Part shown: positions 21,826 to 32,887 of the stretch, piece by piece | Numbering within the stretch: position 1 is the stretch's first letter | Layout of the letters: each line of letters begins with the position of its first letter | Notes under the pieces: generated by a model | Database searches by the model: none | What the model saw: the letters and a program-made list of their open reading frames with translations, nothing else | What the model was told of the DNA's origin: nothing | Source: Vulcanimicrobiota bacterium | GTDB lineage: Bacteria > Vulcanimicrobiota > Vulcanimicrobiia > Vulcanimicrobiales > Vulcanimicrobiaceae | Reading direction: 5' to 3' | Length of the DNA: 64,000 bases | NCBI GenBank assembly: GCA_963833095.1 | Contig: CAWHWQ010000001.1 | Location: 32,001 to 96,000, forward strand | Program-made: the position numbers and the translations under genes

Positions 21826-22362
21826 CTATTGTTTGATCGCTTCTACGTCGATTTCGAGGTCGATGCTGTTGCTTACCACGGGATAGTACAGATTCATACC
21901 CCATTGCGTGCGATCCACCGTCGTCTTGCAGGTATACGCGATGCGAAGTTCGCCTGGACGCAGGCCTGGGCCGCGGCCGAGGTATTCACAGGCCAGCGTC
22001 ACCGGGTGCGTTTGCCCGTGCATCGTGAGATCGCCCGCTGCGGTGAAATGCGTCGCGTCGCTTGCACTGATCTTGGTGCTGGTGAACTCCATCTTTGGAT
22101 AGGTCGCGATGTCGAAGAAATGAGCCGACTTGAGGTCGTCGTCTCGATGGGAGTTGCGCGTGTCGATACCGCTGGGATCAAGCGATGCGCGAGCTCCAGT
22201 CGGGATGTTGGTCGCGTCCGGAACGACGATGGTTGCGTTCACGATCGGAATGATCCCGTTCACGTGCGAAATCATCAGGTGCGTCGCGGTGAAGTTCGCC
22301 GAGGAATGAACGGGATCGGCCGCCCAAAGAGCGGCGAGCAGTAGTCCGACAAGCAGGTGCAT
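21826..22362 (-). CDS. YceI-family protein
   Basis: DPVHSSANF, IDTRNSHRDDDLKSAHFFD..YP, GDLTMHGQT. Confidence 0.9.
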   Translation of the reverse strand: MHLLVGLLLAALWAADPVHSSANFTATHLMISHVNGIIPIVNATIVVPDATNIPTGARASLDPSGIDTRNSHRDDDLKSAHFFDIATYPKMEFTSTKISASDATHFTAAGDLTMHGQTHPVTLACEYLGRGPGLRPGELRIAYTCKTTVDRTQWGMNLYYPVVSNSIDLEIDVEAIKQ

Positions 22363-23114
22363 TAGGCTTCCGCACCTCCGGGAACGACCAGCGAAATTCC
22401 GCTTCGCTCACCGCAGATCAAATCAAGTGAGGCCTGCGCGACCTCGTTGACGCTAGCAAGACGTCCTTCCGGATTCATGTCGGCAAGCGACTGCCGCGCT
22501 GATTCATTTGAGGCGCCGGTGAACTTCATGATCTTGTCGATCGCCTGTTGCATCATGTCGGTCTCGGTGTAGCCCGGGCAAATTGCATTCGCCGTCACGC
22601 CCGTGCCGGCAAACTCCGCCGCGATCGCCCTTGTAAAACCGATCACGCCGTGTTTGCTTGCGCAATAGGCTGAGACGTACGGCGCACCGTGGAGTCCCGC
22701 CATGCTCGCGACGTTGAGGATGCGTCCCCATCGCGCGATCAGCATATCTTGCGCCACCTCACGCGTGCACAGGAACGTGCCGGTAAGATTCGTCGCCACG
22801 ATGCGTTCGAAGAGTTCGAGTGAGGTTCGGGTCACGGGCGCAGAGTCCGCGATGCCCGAGTTGTTTACCAGCACCTCGATCGGTCCGTTGACCTTCCGGC
22901 ACTGCTCGAACGCCGACCGTACTTGGTCTTCGTCGGTCACGTCGGCCTGCGCCGTGGTAAATTCGGCGGCGACTGCGGCCGGTTGGCGACTGATGACGGA
23001 GATGCGCGCGCCGTGTTTGGCTAGCGCCCTTGCGATAGCTTCGCCAATGCCTCGCGCACCGCCGGTCACGAGCGCGTGCTTCCCCGCGAGGATCGCGGTG
23101 TAGTCAGATGACAT
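22362..23114 (-). CDS. Short-chain dehydrogenase/reductase
   Basis: TGGARGIG, NNSG, YCASK, ICPGYTET; start reassigned to MSSDY. Confidence 0.92.
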   Translation of the reverse strand: MSSDYTAILAGKHALVTGGARGIGEAIARALAKHGARISVISRQPAAVAAEFTTAQADVTDEDQVRSAFEQCRKVNGPIEVLVNNSGIADSAPVTRTSLELFERIVATNLTGTFLCTREVAQDMLIARWGRILNVASMAGLHGAPYVSAYCASKHGVIGFTRAIAAEFAGTGVTANAICPGYTETDMMQQAIDKIMKFTGASNESARQSLADMNPEGRLASVNEVAQASLDLICGERSGISLVVPGGAEA

Positions 23115-23340
23115 GTCCGGGAAATATTGCACCGGCGCAAGATCGCCTTCATTGCGGAGGCGAGAGGCCGTCGACCGCGTTGTGCATATCCATGGGAGAT
23201 ACGACAACGCGGTTGCGCAAGTATACCTCACGCAAACGGAAACGGGCGCAAGATCGGCGGGTCCGGAGTCCCCGCTCCGAGCCATGACTCGAACCGCTCG
23301 ACATAGGTCTATCGAGCAGCCGGAGGTTTTCGTGACCGGC
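23115..23340 (-). pseudogene. Relic of bifunctional salicylyl-CoA 5-hydroxylase / 2-aminobenzoyl-CoA monooxygenase-reductase
   Basis: With two frameshifts reads HENLRLLDR/YVERFESWLG..PPILRPF/RLREVYLRNRVVVSPMDMHNAVDG, then PVQYFP; recognised from memory of the family. Confidence 0.6.
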
Positions 23341-23357
23341 GCCGGAAGGCTCAAGCA

Positions 23358-23546
23358 ATGCAGCGACAGCTTCGCTTCCTGCTCGCGGCGATACCCTTCG
23401 GCGCGCTCTCGGTGGCTGTGCCGTTCGTTAATCACGTCGAGCCACGTATTTTGGGCCTGCCGTTTCTCCTTGCTTGGATCGCGTTTTGGGTGATCGTGAC
23501 ACCCGCGTTTCTGTGGATGGTCGGCCGCATCGAGGGACACTGGTGA
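23358..23546 (+). CDS. DUF3311-like small membrane protein
   Basis: PFVNHVEPRILGLPFLLAW; typical partner upstream of SSS symporters. Confidence 0.85.
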   Translation: MQRQLRFLLAAIPFGALSVAVPFVNHVEPRILGLPFLLAWIAFWVIVTPAFLWMVGRIEGHW

Positions 23547-24994
23547 ACTCCGGCGTCGCACTCGGCGTTATCGCCGTGATCGTCTTAGGAACGGTCTTCT
23601 TCGCCGTCGCAAGCGTCCGGCGTTTCACGATGACGCCACAAGAATACATTGTTGGCGGACGCGGCTTCGGTGCGGTGTTTCTTTGGGTGCTGCTTGCGGG
23701 CGAAATCTATACCAGCTTTACGTTCTTGGGCGCAGCCGGATGGACGTACACCTTCGGCGCCCCGGCCTTTTACATCATGGCCTACGGCACGTGCGGCTAC
23801 ATCTTCTACTATTTCCTTTTCCCATGGATTTGGCGCATGGGCAAGCAGCACAACCTGCTCACGCTCCCCGACCTTATCCAAGTTCGCTATCAGAGCCGCG
23901 CGCTTTCGACGATCGTCGCGATCATTGCGGTGTTGGCGCTCATCCCCTACGTCACGCTCCAACTTTCAGCGCTGCAAATTTTCTTGACCGTCGCGGGACA
24001 CGGGGTGATCGACCCGGTACTCGGCGCATGCGTTGCATTTTTGTTGATCATCGCGTTTGTCTTCGTGACAGGCTTACGCGGAACGGCATGGGCCAGTATC
24101 ATTAAAGACGCGCTGGTGATCGGAGCGCTGCTCTTCGTCGGTCTGGCCATTCCGCTGCACTTTTTCGGCTCGCCGGCAAAATTGTTCGATCAAGTGTTGC
24201 TCGCCCATCCCGAACGGCTGGTGCTCGGCGGCCTTACCGCACCCAAAGGCTCACTGTGGTATGTCTCCACCGTGTTGCTGACCGGATTAGGCTTCTTTTC
24301 GGGGCCGCAGTCGATCGCCGCGATCTTCAGCGCCAAAGATGAGAACGTGCTGCGGCGCAACGCCATGTTTTTGCCGGTCTACCAGCTCATCATGTTGCTG
24401 ATTTTCTTCGCCGGATTTTCCGCGCTATTGATCGTGCCAGGGCTCAAGGGCCCCGCGGCCGATCAATCGTTCCTCGCCGTCGTTTCACGGTTCTACCCGC
24501 CGTGGGTGCTTGGATTCGTCACCGGGACCGGCGCGCTTTGCGCGCTCGTGCCGTCGACTGCATTGTTGCTCAGTTCTGCGAGCGTTGTCGCCAAGAACAT
24601 CGCGGGCGATCTTTTCGGCATCGGTTTGGACGAAGCCGGACGCCTGCGCGTCACGCGCTTGATGGTCGTGGTCATGGGCCTGCTTTCGCTTGGCCTATGG
24701 CTCGCCTATCGCACCACGCTGGTCGATCTATTGCTGCTCACCTACAACGGAATCTCGCAGTTTATGCCCGCATACCTGTTCGGAGCCTTTTGGAAACGCG
24801 TGACCACCGCCGGCGTTGCGTGCGGCATCGTGGTCGGCATCGTCCTCGCGGTAACACTGGCCGCAACCGGCCGAGCGCCGTTTGGTCTGAACCCGGGGTT
24901 CATCGGTCTCGCCGTTAACATCGCGGTAGTCGTCGGCGTATCCTTACTAACGCAACCGGCCCGAGGATTGACACCCCAGCCGGCGCGCGATTAG
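23543..24994 (+). CDS. Sodium:solute symporter
   Basis: EYIVGGRGFG, GEIYTSFTFLG, about 13 TMs; GTGA overlap with DUF3311 gene. Confidence 0.92.
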   Translation: MNSGVALGVIAVIVLGTVFFAVASVRRFTMTPQEYIVGGRGFGAVFLWVLLAGEIYTSFTFLGAAGWTYTFGAPAFYIMAYGTCGYIFYYFLFPWIWRMGKQHNLLTLPDLIQVRYQSRALSTIVAIIAVLALIPYVTLQLSALQIFLTVAGHGVIDPVLGACVAFLLIIAFVFVTGLRGTAWASIIKDALVIGALLFVGLAIPLHFFGSPAKLFDQVLLAHPERLVLGGLTAPKGSLWYVSTVLLTGLGFFSGPQSIAAIFSAKDENVLRRNAMFLPVYQLIMLLIFFAGFSALLIVPGLKGPAADQSFLAVVSRFYPPWVLGFVTGTGALCALVPSTALLLSSASVVAKNIAGDLFGIGLDEAGRLRVTRLMVVVMGLLSLGLWLAYRTTLVDLLLLTYNGISQFMPAYLFGAFWKRVTTAGVACGIVVGIVLAVTLAATGRAPFGLNPGFIGLAVNIAVVVGVSLLTQPARGLTPQPARD

Positions 24995-25423
24995 TCAGCC
25001 GGCTCGCAGAACTGAATCGAAGATTTCTTCAAAAAAATACAGTGGCCCGATCAGCAGATAAACCAGATTCTCCATGAACTTCGGTTTAGTTCCCTCGAAC
25101 CGGTGGCCGACTAATTGAAAGACCCACCCGACGACGAGTGCGCCAAGAGCGATCTGCCACGGTAATCGGATCGCGATCTCATAGATGACCGCGAAGAGCA
25201 CGGTGGAGATCAGCGCGCCACGAGGATCGATGAAGGCGTAGTAGAGCAGTGTTGCTAGGCCGGCCACGATCGCAAGGTCGATCGGCCCGAGCGTTGCGAG
25301 ATGCAACATTCCCATCGTGCCCAGCAGGATCAGCGGAATCCCCACCGCGTGACACGCGCGATTGCGGCCATCGGCATGATACGAGCCATACTCGGTAAAG
25401 AGCTCGGTCTTAGTCATTGACAT
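24995..25423 (-). CDS. DUF962/Mpo1-like membrane protein
   Basis: YH...NRACHAVGIP, WVFQLVGHRFEGTKP. Confidence 0.85.
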   Translation of the reverse strand: MSMTKTELFTEYGSYHADGRNRACHAVGIPLILLGTMGMLHLATLGPIDLAIVAGLATLLYYAFIDPRGALISTVLFAVIYEIAIRLPWQIALGALVVGWVFQLVGHRFEGTKPKFMENLVYLLIGPLYFFEEIFDSVLRAG

Positions 25424-25512
25424 CGCGCCCCCTTGTGCGTGCGGCGTTCTGCGACCCCTGCCGCCGGAGTCCCTGCCGGGGATGGGTGCGCGTGCGCAGA
25501 ACTCACGCTGGC

Positions 25513-26691
25513 ATGACAGCGACGATAACCGTTCCGCAGCGACTTGCCGATGACGTCGTCTTGATCCGCCGCGACCTCCACATGCATCCCGAACTGGGTT
25601 TCTGCGAGCATCGCACGGCCGGCATCGTCGCGGATCGTCTGCGCTCGCTAGGCTACGAGGTCCACGAACGTATAGGCACAACCGGCGTGGTGGGTCTCCT
25701 GCGGGGCGGGCGCCCCGGCCGGACCATCATGCTCCGTGCCGACATGGATGCGCTGCCGATTCTCGAGGAGCTCGATCACGCGTACCGCTCGCAGGCGGAC
25801 GGGACGATGCATGCCTGCGGACACGATGGGCACGTCGCAATTCTACTCGGCGCCGCGGCGCTGATCGCTGACCGCCGCGACGAACTCGCCGGGACGGTCG
25901 CATTGGTGTTTCAACCCGCGGAGGAAGGCCTCGGCGGGGCTAAAGCAATGATCGAGGACGGGTTGATCGAGCGTTTCGGCATCGAGCGCGCGTACGGCTT
26001 GCATCTCAACACGCTCTACCCGACCGGCGTTCTCGGCTTTCGCGAAGGTCCTATGTACGCATCGAGCGACTCGATCGAAATCGAGGTGATCGGCGTCGGC
26101 GGTCATGGCGCGGCGCCGCACTATGCGGTCGATCCGATCCTCACCGCCGCGAGCTTTATCACCAGCGTGCAGCAGGTCGTGTCGCGAATGGTCGATCCGC
26201 TCGAACCGGCGGTGGTGACGATCGGCGCGATCCATGCCGGCACAACCCATAACGTCATACCGCGGACTGCCAAGATGCTCGGCACGGTTCGCGCGTTTGC
26301 CGACGACGTGCGCAGCGAGATGCCCGAGCGGATCGAGCGCGTGCTGCGCGCCTGTTGTGACGCCTCCGGTGCGACCTACGACTACGACTACATCTGGCGC
26401 TACCCGGTCACGGCAAACGACCCCGCGCAAACCCAGTATGCGCGCGCGCTGGCGGCCGCAACGGTCGGCGAAACATCGGTGGTCGACGTCGCGCAATTGA
26501 TGGGCGCAGAGGATTTCTCATTTTTTGCCCAACGCGTTCCTTCGTGTTTTTATACGCTGGGATGCAGCGGTGGGCCGCAGACCAGCCACCCGCATCACTC
26601 GAGCCTTTTCGATATCGATGAACGGGCGCTGCCCAACGGTGTCGCGATGATGACCGCGCTCGCGTTCGACGCTCCGCGCAACGCGCCGTGA
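25513..26691 (+). CDS. M20D amidohydrolase
   Basis: RRDLHMHPEL, RADMDALP, MHACGHDGH, FQPAEE, AEDFS. Confidence 0.93.
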   Translation: MTATITVPQRLADDVVLIRRDLHMHPELGFCEHRTAGIVADRLRSLGYEVHERIGTTGVVGLLRGGRPGRTIMLRADMDALPILEELDHAYRSQADGTMHACGHDGHVAILLGAAALIADRRDELAGTVALVFQPAEEGLGGAKAMIEDGLIERFGIERAYGLHLNTLYPTGVLGFREGPMYASSDSIEIEVIGVGGHGAAPHYAVDPILTAASFITSVQQVVSRMVDPLEPAVVTIGAIHAGTTHNVIPRTAKMLGTVRAFADDVRSEMPERIERVLRACCDASGATYDYDYIWRYPVTANDPAQTQYARALAAATVGETSVVDVAQLMGAEDFSFFAQRVPSCFYTLGCSGGPQTSHPHHSSLFDIDERALPNGVAMMTALAFDAPRNAP

Positions 26692-26718
26692 GATGGCTCC
26701 GCCGTTTCGCGGGCGCGC

Positions 26719-27225
26719 GTGATTCCTGAAGTTATCGAGCATCCCACGCCTGCGCAGGTGCTCGAGATCGTCACGCGCGCAGTGTTTCAGGCCGGCGTAA
26801 AATGGTCGCAGATCGCGCAGCACTGGGATGCGTACCGCGCGGCCTTTGCGAATTTCGATCCCGCGCAAGTTTCCGTCTTCGATAGCATCGACACGCAGCG
26901 CATACTCGCGCAGGAGGGCGTCTTGCGCGTGCCGCGCAAGGTCCAGGCGACGATCGCTAACGCGGGAGCGCTGATCGCCATCGAGCGCGAGTTCGGGAGC
27001 TTTCGCGCCTACGTCGCATCGTTTTCTGACTATGCAGCGCTCGCCCGGGATATGAAAAAGCGCTTCGCCTTTCTCGGCGATATGAATGTGTGGTACGTAC
27101 TGTTTCGCTGCGGCGAACCGGTGCCGCGCTTCGAACCGTGGGTGAAAACGATCAAGGGCGAGCACCCGCGCATGCGCGAGATGGTCGAGCTCGCGCGCGG
27201 GCGGGGTATTTCGCCGGAAGCCTAG
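26719..27225 (+). CDS. DNA-3-methyladenine glycosylase I-like protein
   Basis: FQAGVKW, AFANFDP, RKVQATIANA, DMKKRFAFLG. Confidence 0.8.
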   Translation: MIPEVIEHPTPAQVLEIVTRAVFQAGVKWSQIAQHWDAYRAAFANFDPAQVSVFDSIDTQRILAQEGVLRVPRKVQATIANAGALIAIEREFGSFRAYVASFSDYAALARDMKKRFAFLGDMNVWYVLFRCGEPVPRFEPWVKTIKGEHPRMREMVELARGRGISPEA

Positions 27226-30200
27226 TTCGGAGGTCGGCTCGGCGACGGGCGCGGCTGACGAACCAGATACAGCCCGTACGCCGCATTGTAGTTCAGATCG
27301 GGTTGCATCGCGCCGTCCCAGCCTTTGGGCACTAGTTCCTGCGGCGTCGTTGCGGCGACGCGTCCGCAGAAGAGCAGCGAGAACACCAGCGTCGGATCGC
27401 CCGGCACAAGGCTATACCACGTGCCGTTCTTTGCGGTGTGCGCGGCGATCGTCCAAAGATGCGGCGCCGCTGCGCTCGCGAAGTAGGCGCGCAGTTCGGT
27501 CAACGCTTCCGTCGCCGTGTTCTTCAAATCCGCCGTGCATTCGGTGGCAGCGCGCACTTCGAAGGGATCCTTCGGCGGCGTCGAGGGCAGGGTGTAGACG
27601 CGGAAGCTCTCCTGACCCGCCTGCGGCTGGCGCGCCACCGCATAGAGCCCGACTGACGGCATGAAGGTGAGCTGCGGCGCTCCGAACAGCGACGAAATCG
27701 GCGTATAGAGTTTGCGCGCCGTCACTTCGTCGGGCTGCGCAATATGCAGTGTGAGGCATCCGAAGAACACACGGAATTGACCGCCGCGATTGCCGCCACC
27801 ACGCTGCCCGCCTTGTCCGGGAGCCGGACTCGGGCTCGCGCCTGCGGCAAGCTCTTCTGAGGCAAGGCGCAACGCCGGCGTCTGGTTCTGGAAATGCGGC
27901 TGGATCGAGAGCGCATACGTGCTGTCCATGCCGTGATAGGTGACCGTTGCATCGGCAATCTGCGGCGGCGGCATCGTCGCGGGATATCCCGCCGACGTTT
28001 TTGCCGCCTCGATCTCCGCAACGTAAGCTTTGAGTTCGTTCGAAAGCTGCAGCGCCGTCACATGCGCGTCGGCCGGGCACCGCGTATCGTCCGACGAAAC
28101 GTCCAACGGATCTGCCGGAGCCGCGCTCGGTAGCGGCTGCGGACGGAATCCACCTCCGCGACCGGGACCGCCCTCGCCGCGGCCACCACCCCCGGGCGCA
28201 GGCAGCGACTGCGCGACGTGCGTGTTGCCCAGCGTTCCTGGGCCGTATCGTAGCGTATACGTGACGGTGTACGTACGCGGCGTGAGCGGACGCGCGACGG
28301 TCGGCACGATCTGCCCACTCTGCGTGTAAAATGGGACCGCGTTCGCGTAGCTCGAGAAGATGCCCGCGTAGGTGCCGAAGATGTTCGACGCGGCGACCGT
28401 TAAATTTCCCTTGTTGAACGCTGCGTTGACGGCGGCATCGAACTGTGTGTACGCGGGCAGATTGTTCGAATTGTTTCGCCCGTTGTATTCCGCATCGGCG
28501 TAATATTCAAGCGCCGAATGGCGCGCCTTATAATCGAAGATCACGCCGGCGCGCTGAAGCGGCACGTTGGGCAACTGCTGCCCGGACTGCGTGATCGAAT
28601 AGGGGTTGTCGATCAATGGCGAATTCGAGATTGCTTGCGACACGGTGGTATTCCAGAACGGCTGTACGATGAGATTACCGAACGTGCCGTAACCGGTGAT
28701 CTGGATGCCCTGATACACACGATCGACGCCGGCGACCGGGGTGCTGAAATAGAGTTGGCTTGGGCTGAACGGTACGCTCCCGCAACCCGCGTCGCTTTGG
28801 AATATCTGTTGCACTGCTGCAATGTATGAAGGCGTCAACGTGCCGTTTGCCAGCAGAATCGTGCCGTTTACGTCGGTCGGCAACAGCGTATTCTTCTGCA
28901 ACTGACGGTACAAGCGCACCGAGAGGTCGCCGCCGATCCACGTGTGCGTGTACGTGACATTCGTGGACGTCGAAGAACTCGCTTCGGGTGCCGCGCCCGG
29001 TGCGTTGCCGTAGGCGACGCTATTCGCGCCATCGCAGGTGTAGCGAAGCGCTGCGGGGTCGCTGAGAATCGTCGAACGCGTCTGCTGCCCGGGCGAGCCC
29101 TGCATCGTGTACGAAGCCGAGTAGGTATCATATTTCGTCGGGTGCCACGTCGTCCCCAGCGATTCGAGCACGCCGCCGAAGCCGCCGGTCCCTTGCGTCA
29201 CACCGAGGGATTCGGAAAACGAGAGATGCTCGTTCGAATGAATCGAATCGGTCACTTCGGCGGCGGCATAGCTGCTATGCTGCAGGTTCGTGTAGTACGG
29301 CGTCGCCGGTTCGTTGAGCGGAAATGTCTGCGACGTGCCCCACGAGCCGTAGGCGGTAAGCGAGATCGTGTGTCGCTGCGCCGCCGGAAGGATAGCATTG
29401 AGTGTAAAACCCCGGCTATCGTTTAGCCCCGTGGAGCCGATCGGCGACGCGACACCATCGATATAGCGATCGAGTTCGTCGCCGAGCGAGGTTGAGTTAT
29501 TCTGATAGATCGTCGCTTGGATCGAGGTCGCGCCAAGCAGTAGATCGTCGCTGAGCGAGAACAGACTCACGCTTCCGGCCGAATAATTGTTCGGGCCGTA
29601 GCCGCAGGGGGTTCCGTCGTATTGTATTCGCGCGCAGACGACGTTCGTGATGCGATTCGACGTCAGAGATCGTACCGGTGATCGTCTGCGAATCCCCGAC
29701 CTCGTAGCGGAATCTTCCCGATGAACCGAAGCTGTTCGCATCGCCGTTGTGGACGTAGTTCAGACCGCTCGCATCGGTGTAGCGCAAACCGTCGAGCCAG
29801 CTGGTCGCGAGACCGCCGCAGAGGTTGAGCGCAACGCCGAGCTTACCGTTTGAACCGGTCTCGGCGCTTTGCCAACTGTTGCGAGCATTCGACCCGAGCA
29901 TCAGCGAATCGTAAGACTCCCATGACAGCGTCGGCTGCAGCGTGGTGAAATTCACACCGCCGGCGAGGCCGCCGAGTTGCGGTCCGTTGCGAACGCCCGC
30001 GCCGGTAAACAAGCAGGTAGCATAGTTGCGAAGATTGCCGGCCGAGCCCGGAGCATTGAGCGGAATACCGTCGAGCGTCAGCGCCGTTTGACCGGCATCT
30101 TGACCGTCGAGCGAGATGGTCTGCTCGGCGTCGCTATCATCACTGCTGGTTTGCACCGAGACGCCCGAGAGCTTATTGAGTGCGTCGGCCAAATCGCTCG

Positions 30201-30627
30201 AAAGCCGGCGCACCGCGGAATCGGGACCGAATGAGCTTGACGAGATCGCCGCCGACGAGTGCGCCTCAACGGTACCGATCACTTTTAACTGAGTCGAAAG
30301 CGCGAGCGAAACGCTCACCGTGACGTAGTTGCCGTTGATGATCTCGAACGACGGCGAGGTAACCGTCTGGTAATCGCGCCGGACGACGCGCGCGCGATAG
30401 ATACCGTCCGGCACATCGGTGAAGACGATCAAGCCTTTCTTATCGGTGAACCCACTCGTCACGACTGGGCCGTCGAGGACGACGCGCGCGAGTTCGACTG
30501 ATGCCTTGCTGCTCTGGTCGGTGACGACGATCCGTATCTCGCCGTTATCCGCCTGTTGCGCTGATGCGGCGATCGGCGAAAAGGGCATAAAGAGAGCGGC
30601 AAGCACGGCCGCGAGGAGGCGCTTCAT
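27222..30627 (-). CDS. TonB-dependent receptor-like outer-membrane protein with C-terminal extension (frameshift near 29668)
   Basis: Signal peptide, carboxypeptidase-regulatory-like domain, plug (LDGIPL, GGVNFTT), barrel with LPNVP, NLPAYTQFDA, ASNIFG, PRTYTVTYTLRY. Confidence 0.75.
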
Positions 30628-30650
30628 GATGTGCAGGTGATTCTTCTTCG

Positions 30651-32138
30651 TTAGAGGCGGATGGTCACCGTGGTGCCCCGTGCGGGCGCGCTATCGATAC
30701 CTATCGAGCCTCCGGCGCGTTCCACCGCGCGTTTGGCGATCGCTAGTCCGAGTCCACTTCCCGTTATTTCGCCGCGCTGATCGCCGCGGTAGAAACGCTC
30801 GAAGGCGTGCAGTCGCTCCGATTCGGTCATACCCGGACCCTCGTCGCGCACCGTAATCGTTGTGTGTCCGTTCGTCTTCACCGCGCGTAAATGAATCGGC
30901 GCCTCGGGCGCGTACTTCAGCGCATTTTCCACAACGTTCCATAATGCTTCGCCAAGCTCGGTGCGATCGCCGACTAATCCTTTGGTGCCATCAACGCTAT
31001 AGTCGATCTCTCGCGTCTCGTCCAAACGCCGCGCGGCATCACATTGACTGCGCAGCAGTTCAGCGAGATCGATTGATTCTGCTCGCGGTGGCGTTTCCGC
31101 GTCCAGTCGCGCAAGTCGCATCAACCGATCGATCAGGTTGCGCATATGCTCTTTCTCGAGCGACATCGTCCCGAGAATCTGGCGCGCGATCGTGGGCTCC
31201 GCGACGGCTCCGCGGCGGAGCACATCGATGTATCCGCCGATCACCGTCAGCGGCGTGCGCAGCTCGTGCCCCGCGTCGGCGACGAATTGCCGCATCCGCT
31301 CCTCGGTTTCGCGACGCTCGCTCATGGCATTCGCGACGCTTGCAGCGGCGTCGTTGTAGGCGGCGGTCAGCGTGCCGATCTCGTCGCCGCCCGGCGCGAT
31401 GAAACGGCGTTGCGTGAAATCACCGCCGGCAAGCGCATTGAGTGATTCGGTTAGGTCGTTGATCGGGCGCAGCGCCTGCTGCGCGAAGAAGCGGCCCACG
31501 AGCCACGAGAGCAGCATCGCAACGACGGCGACCACGATCACGACGCGCCAGTACGGAATCAGCGCCACGAGCACGAGCGGCATCGACGGCTCGAAGGCAA
31601 CATATCCGCCGTCGACAATGGCTACTTGCGACGGCTCGGGCAAGGGCCCGGAACCCGATGCGCCATTCGTCCGGAAAAGAAACGAGCCACGCGTCGAAGG
31701 GGGCGGCGAGCCGTAGGGCGGCGGGAAGAAAAACGCTCCAGGCGCAAAACGACCGCCCGTATTTGCCGGTCCGGGCGGCTGGCGAAAATGGGCGGCGACC
31801 ATGCGCCCGAGTAGGCGTGGGTGCACGCTCTTATCACCGCCCAAGAAGTTACCGTGGCTGTCGAATACCGCGACGCTGAGGCCGATGCTGCTTAGCGTGC
31901 TCGCAATCTGCGGGGCGGCGGCCTTGAGCGAGGTGCCGTCGGCGCGATATTGATCGACGAGCACGCGCGCCTCTTCGTGTTTGGCCACCACGATGCTCCG
32001 GCTGAAGCTGTCGAGATCGACGACCAGCGCGATGCTCGATGCGACGATCACCACGACGACGGTAATGCCCAGCAACACGGCGTAGAGCAGTGAGAGCCGC
32101 GAGACGATCGAAAGCTTCATTGCCGCCGTCTTCTTCAA
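30651..32138 (-). CDS. Sensor histidine kinase (HAMP, HisKA, HATPase)
   Basis: DAGHELRTPL, ENALKY, DEGPG, FERFYRG, GSGLGLAI. Confidence 0.95.
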   Translation of the reverse strand: MKKTAAMKLSIVSRLSLLYAVLLGITVVVVIVASSIALVVDLDSFSRSIVVAKHEEARVLVDQYRADGTSLKAAAPQIASTLSSIGLSVAVFDSHGNFLGGDKSVHPRLLGRMVAAHFRQPPGPANTGGRFAPGAFFFPPPYGSPPPSTRGSFLFRTNGASGSGPLPEPSQVAIVDGGYVAFEPSMPLVLVALIPYWRVVIVVAVVAMLLSWLVGRFFAQQALRPINDLTESLNALAGGDFTQRRFIAPGGDEIGTLTAAYNDAAASVANAMSERRETEERMRQFVADAGHELRTPLTVIGGYIDVLRRGAVAEPTIARQILGTMSLEKEHMRNLIDRLMRLARLDAETPPRAESIDLAELLRSQCDAARRLDETREIDYSVDGTKGLVGDRTELGEALWNVVENALKYAPEAPIHLRAVKTNGHTTITVRDEGPGMTESERLHAFERFYRGDQRGEITGSGLGLAIAKRAVERAGGSIGIDSAPARGTTVTIRL

Positions 32139-32144
32139 CTGGGC

Positions 32145-32843
32145 CTAATTATGCTGCGAGAGCCCGTACCCGACACCCCGCACCGTGCGAATGAACGAGC
32201 CACGCTCGCCGGGGCGATCGATCTTCGCACGGAGATACGAGATGTAGGTCTCGACGATGTTCGGTCCACCCTCGAAGTCATGTCCCCACACGATCTCGAG
32301 CAAGTGGTCTTTGCTGAAGACACGTCGCGGCTCACGCATGAAAACCGAAAGAAGGTCGAACTCGCGCTGCGTGAGCTCGATGCCGTCCTTCCCCCGCATG
32401 AGTTCGCGGGTTTGGGGATTGAGCGCGAGATCGCGCCAGCGGAGCACGTTCTCTTCGATCAATTGCGGCCGGCGCAACTTGGCTTGCAAGCGCGCGATCA
32501 ACTCTTCGAACACGAACGGCTTGACCAAGTAATCATCCGCACCCGCGGTGAGGCTCTGAACCTTGTCGTCGGTTCCGCCCTTTGCGGTGAGCATCACGAT
32601 CGGCGCTTGGGAAATCTCTCGCAGCTTGGGAAGGAGCGAGATACCGTCGATCTTGGGCATCATGATGTCGAGGACGATCACTTCGGGGTCGAAGCGCCGC
32701 ACCAACTCTAGTGCGGCAAAACCGTCGGCGGCGGATTGCACGTCGTAACCTTCGCGCGAGAGTCCGAGCTCGAGCATTTCACGAATCATCCGGTCGTCGT
32801 CAACCACGACCACCCGAGCATGAAGTAACGCAGTAGTAGCCAT
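32145..32843 (-). CDS. OmpR-family response regulator (MprA-like)
   Basis: VVDDD, LDIMMP, MLTAK, ADDYLVKPF, IRTVRGVGY. Confidence 0.95.
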   Translation of the reverse strand: MATTALLHARVVVVDDDRMIREMLELGLSREGYDVQSAADGFAALELVRRFDPEVIVLDIMMPKIDGISLLPKLREISQAPIVMLTAKGGTDDKVQSLTAGADDYLVKPFVFEELIARLQAKLRRPQLIEENVLRWRDLALNPQTRELMRGKDGIELTQREFDLLSVFMREPRRVFSKDHLLEIVWGHDFEGGPNIVETYISYLRAKIDRPGERGSFIRTVRGVGYGLSQHN

Positions 32844-32870
32844 TTCTAGGCCTTAGACTGCCTTCTCGCC

Positions 32871-32887
32871 CTGAGAAGGCCCTGAAC
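32871..32887 (-). promoter_or_regulatory. Possible OmpR/MprA-type direct-repeat box
   Basis: GTTCAG-N5-TCTCAG on the minus strand, 11-bp period, upstream of the response regulator. Confidence 0.35.

Noticed and set aside
23115..23561. 149-aa N-terminal extension of the SDR in the ORF track
   Set aside because: Overlaps the DUF3311 gene on the opposite strand and the pseudogene relic; the SDR fold starts at 23114
29640..29700. Two separate genes 27222-29741 and 29497-30627
   Set aside because: Removing one base near 29668 joins plug and barrel into one receptor
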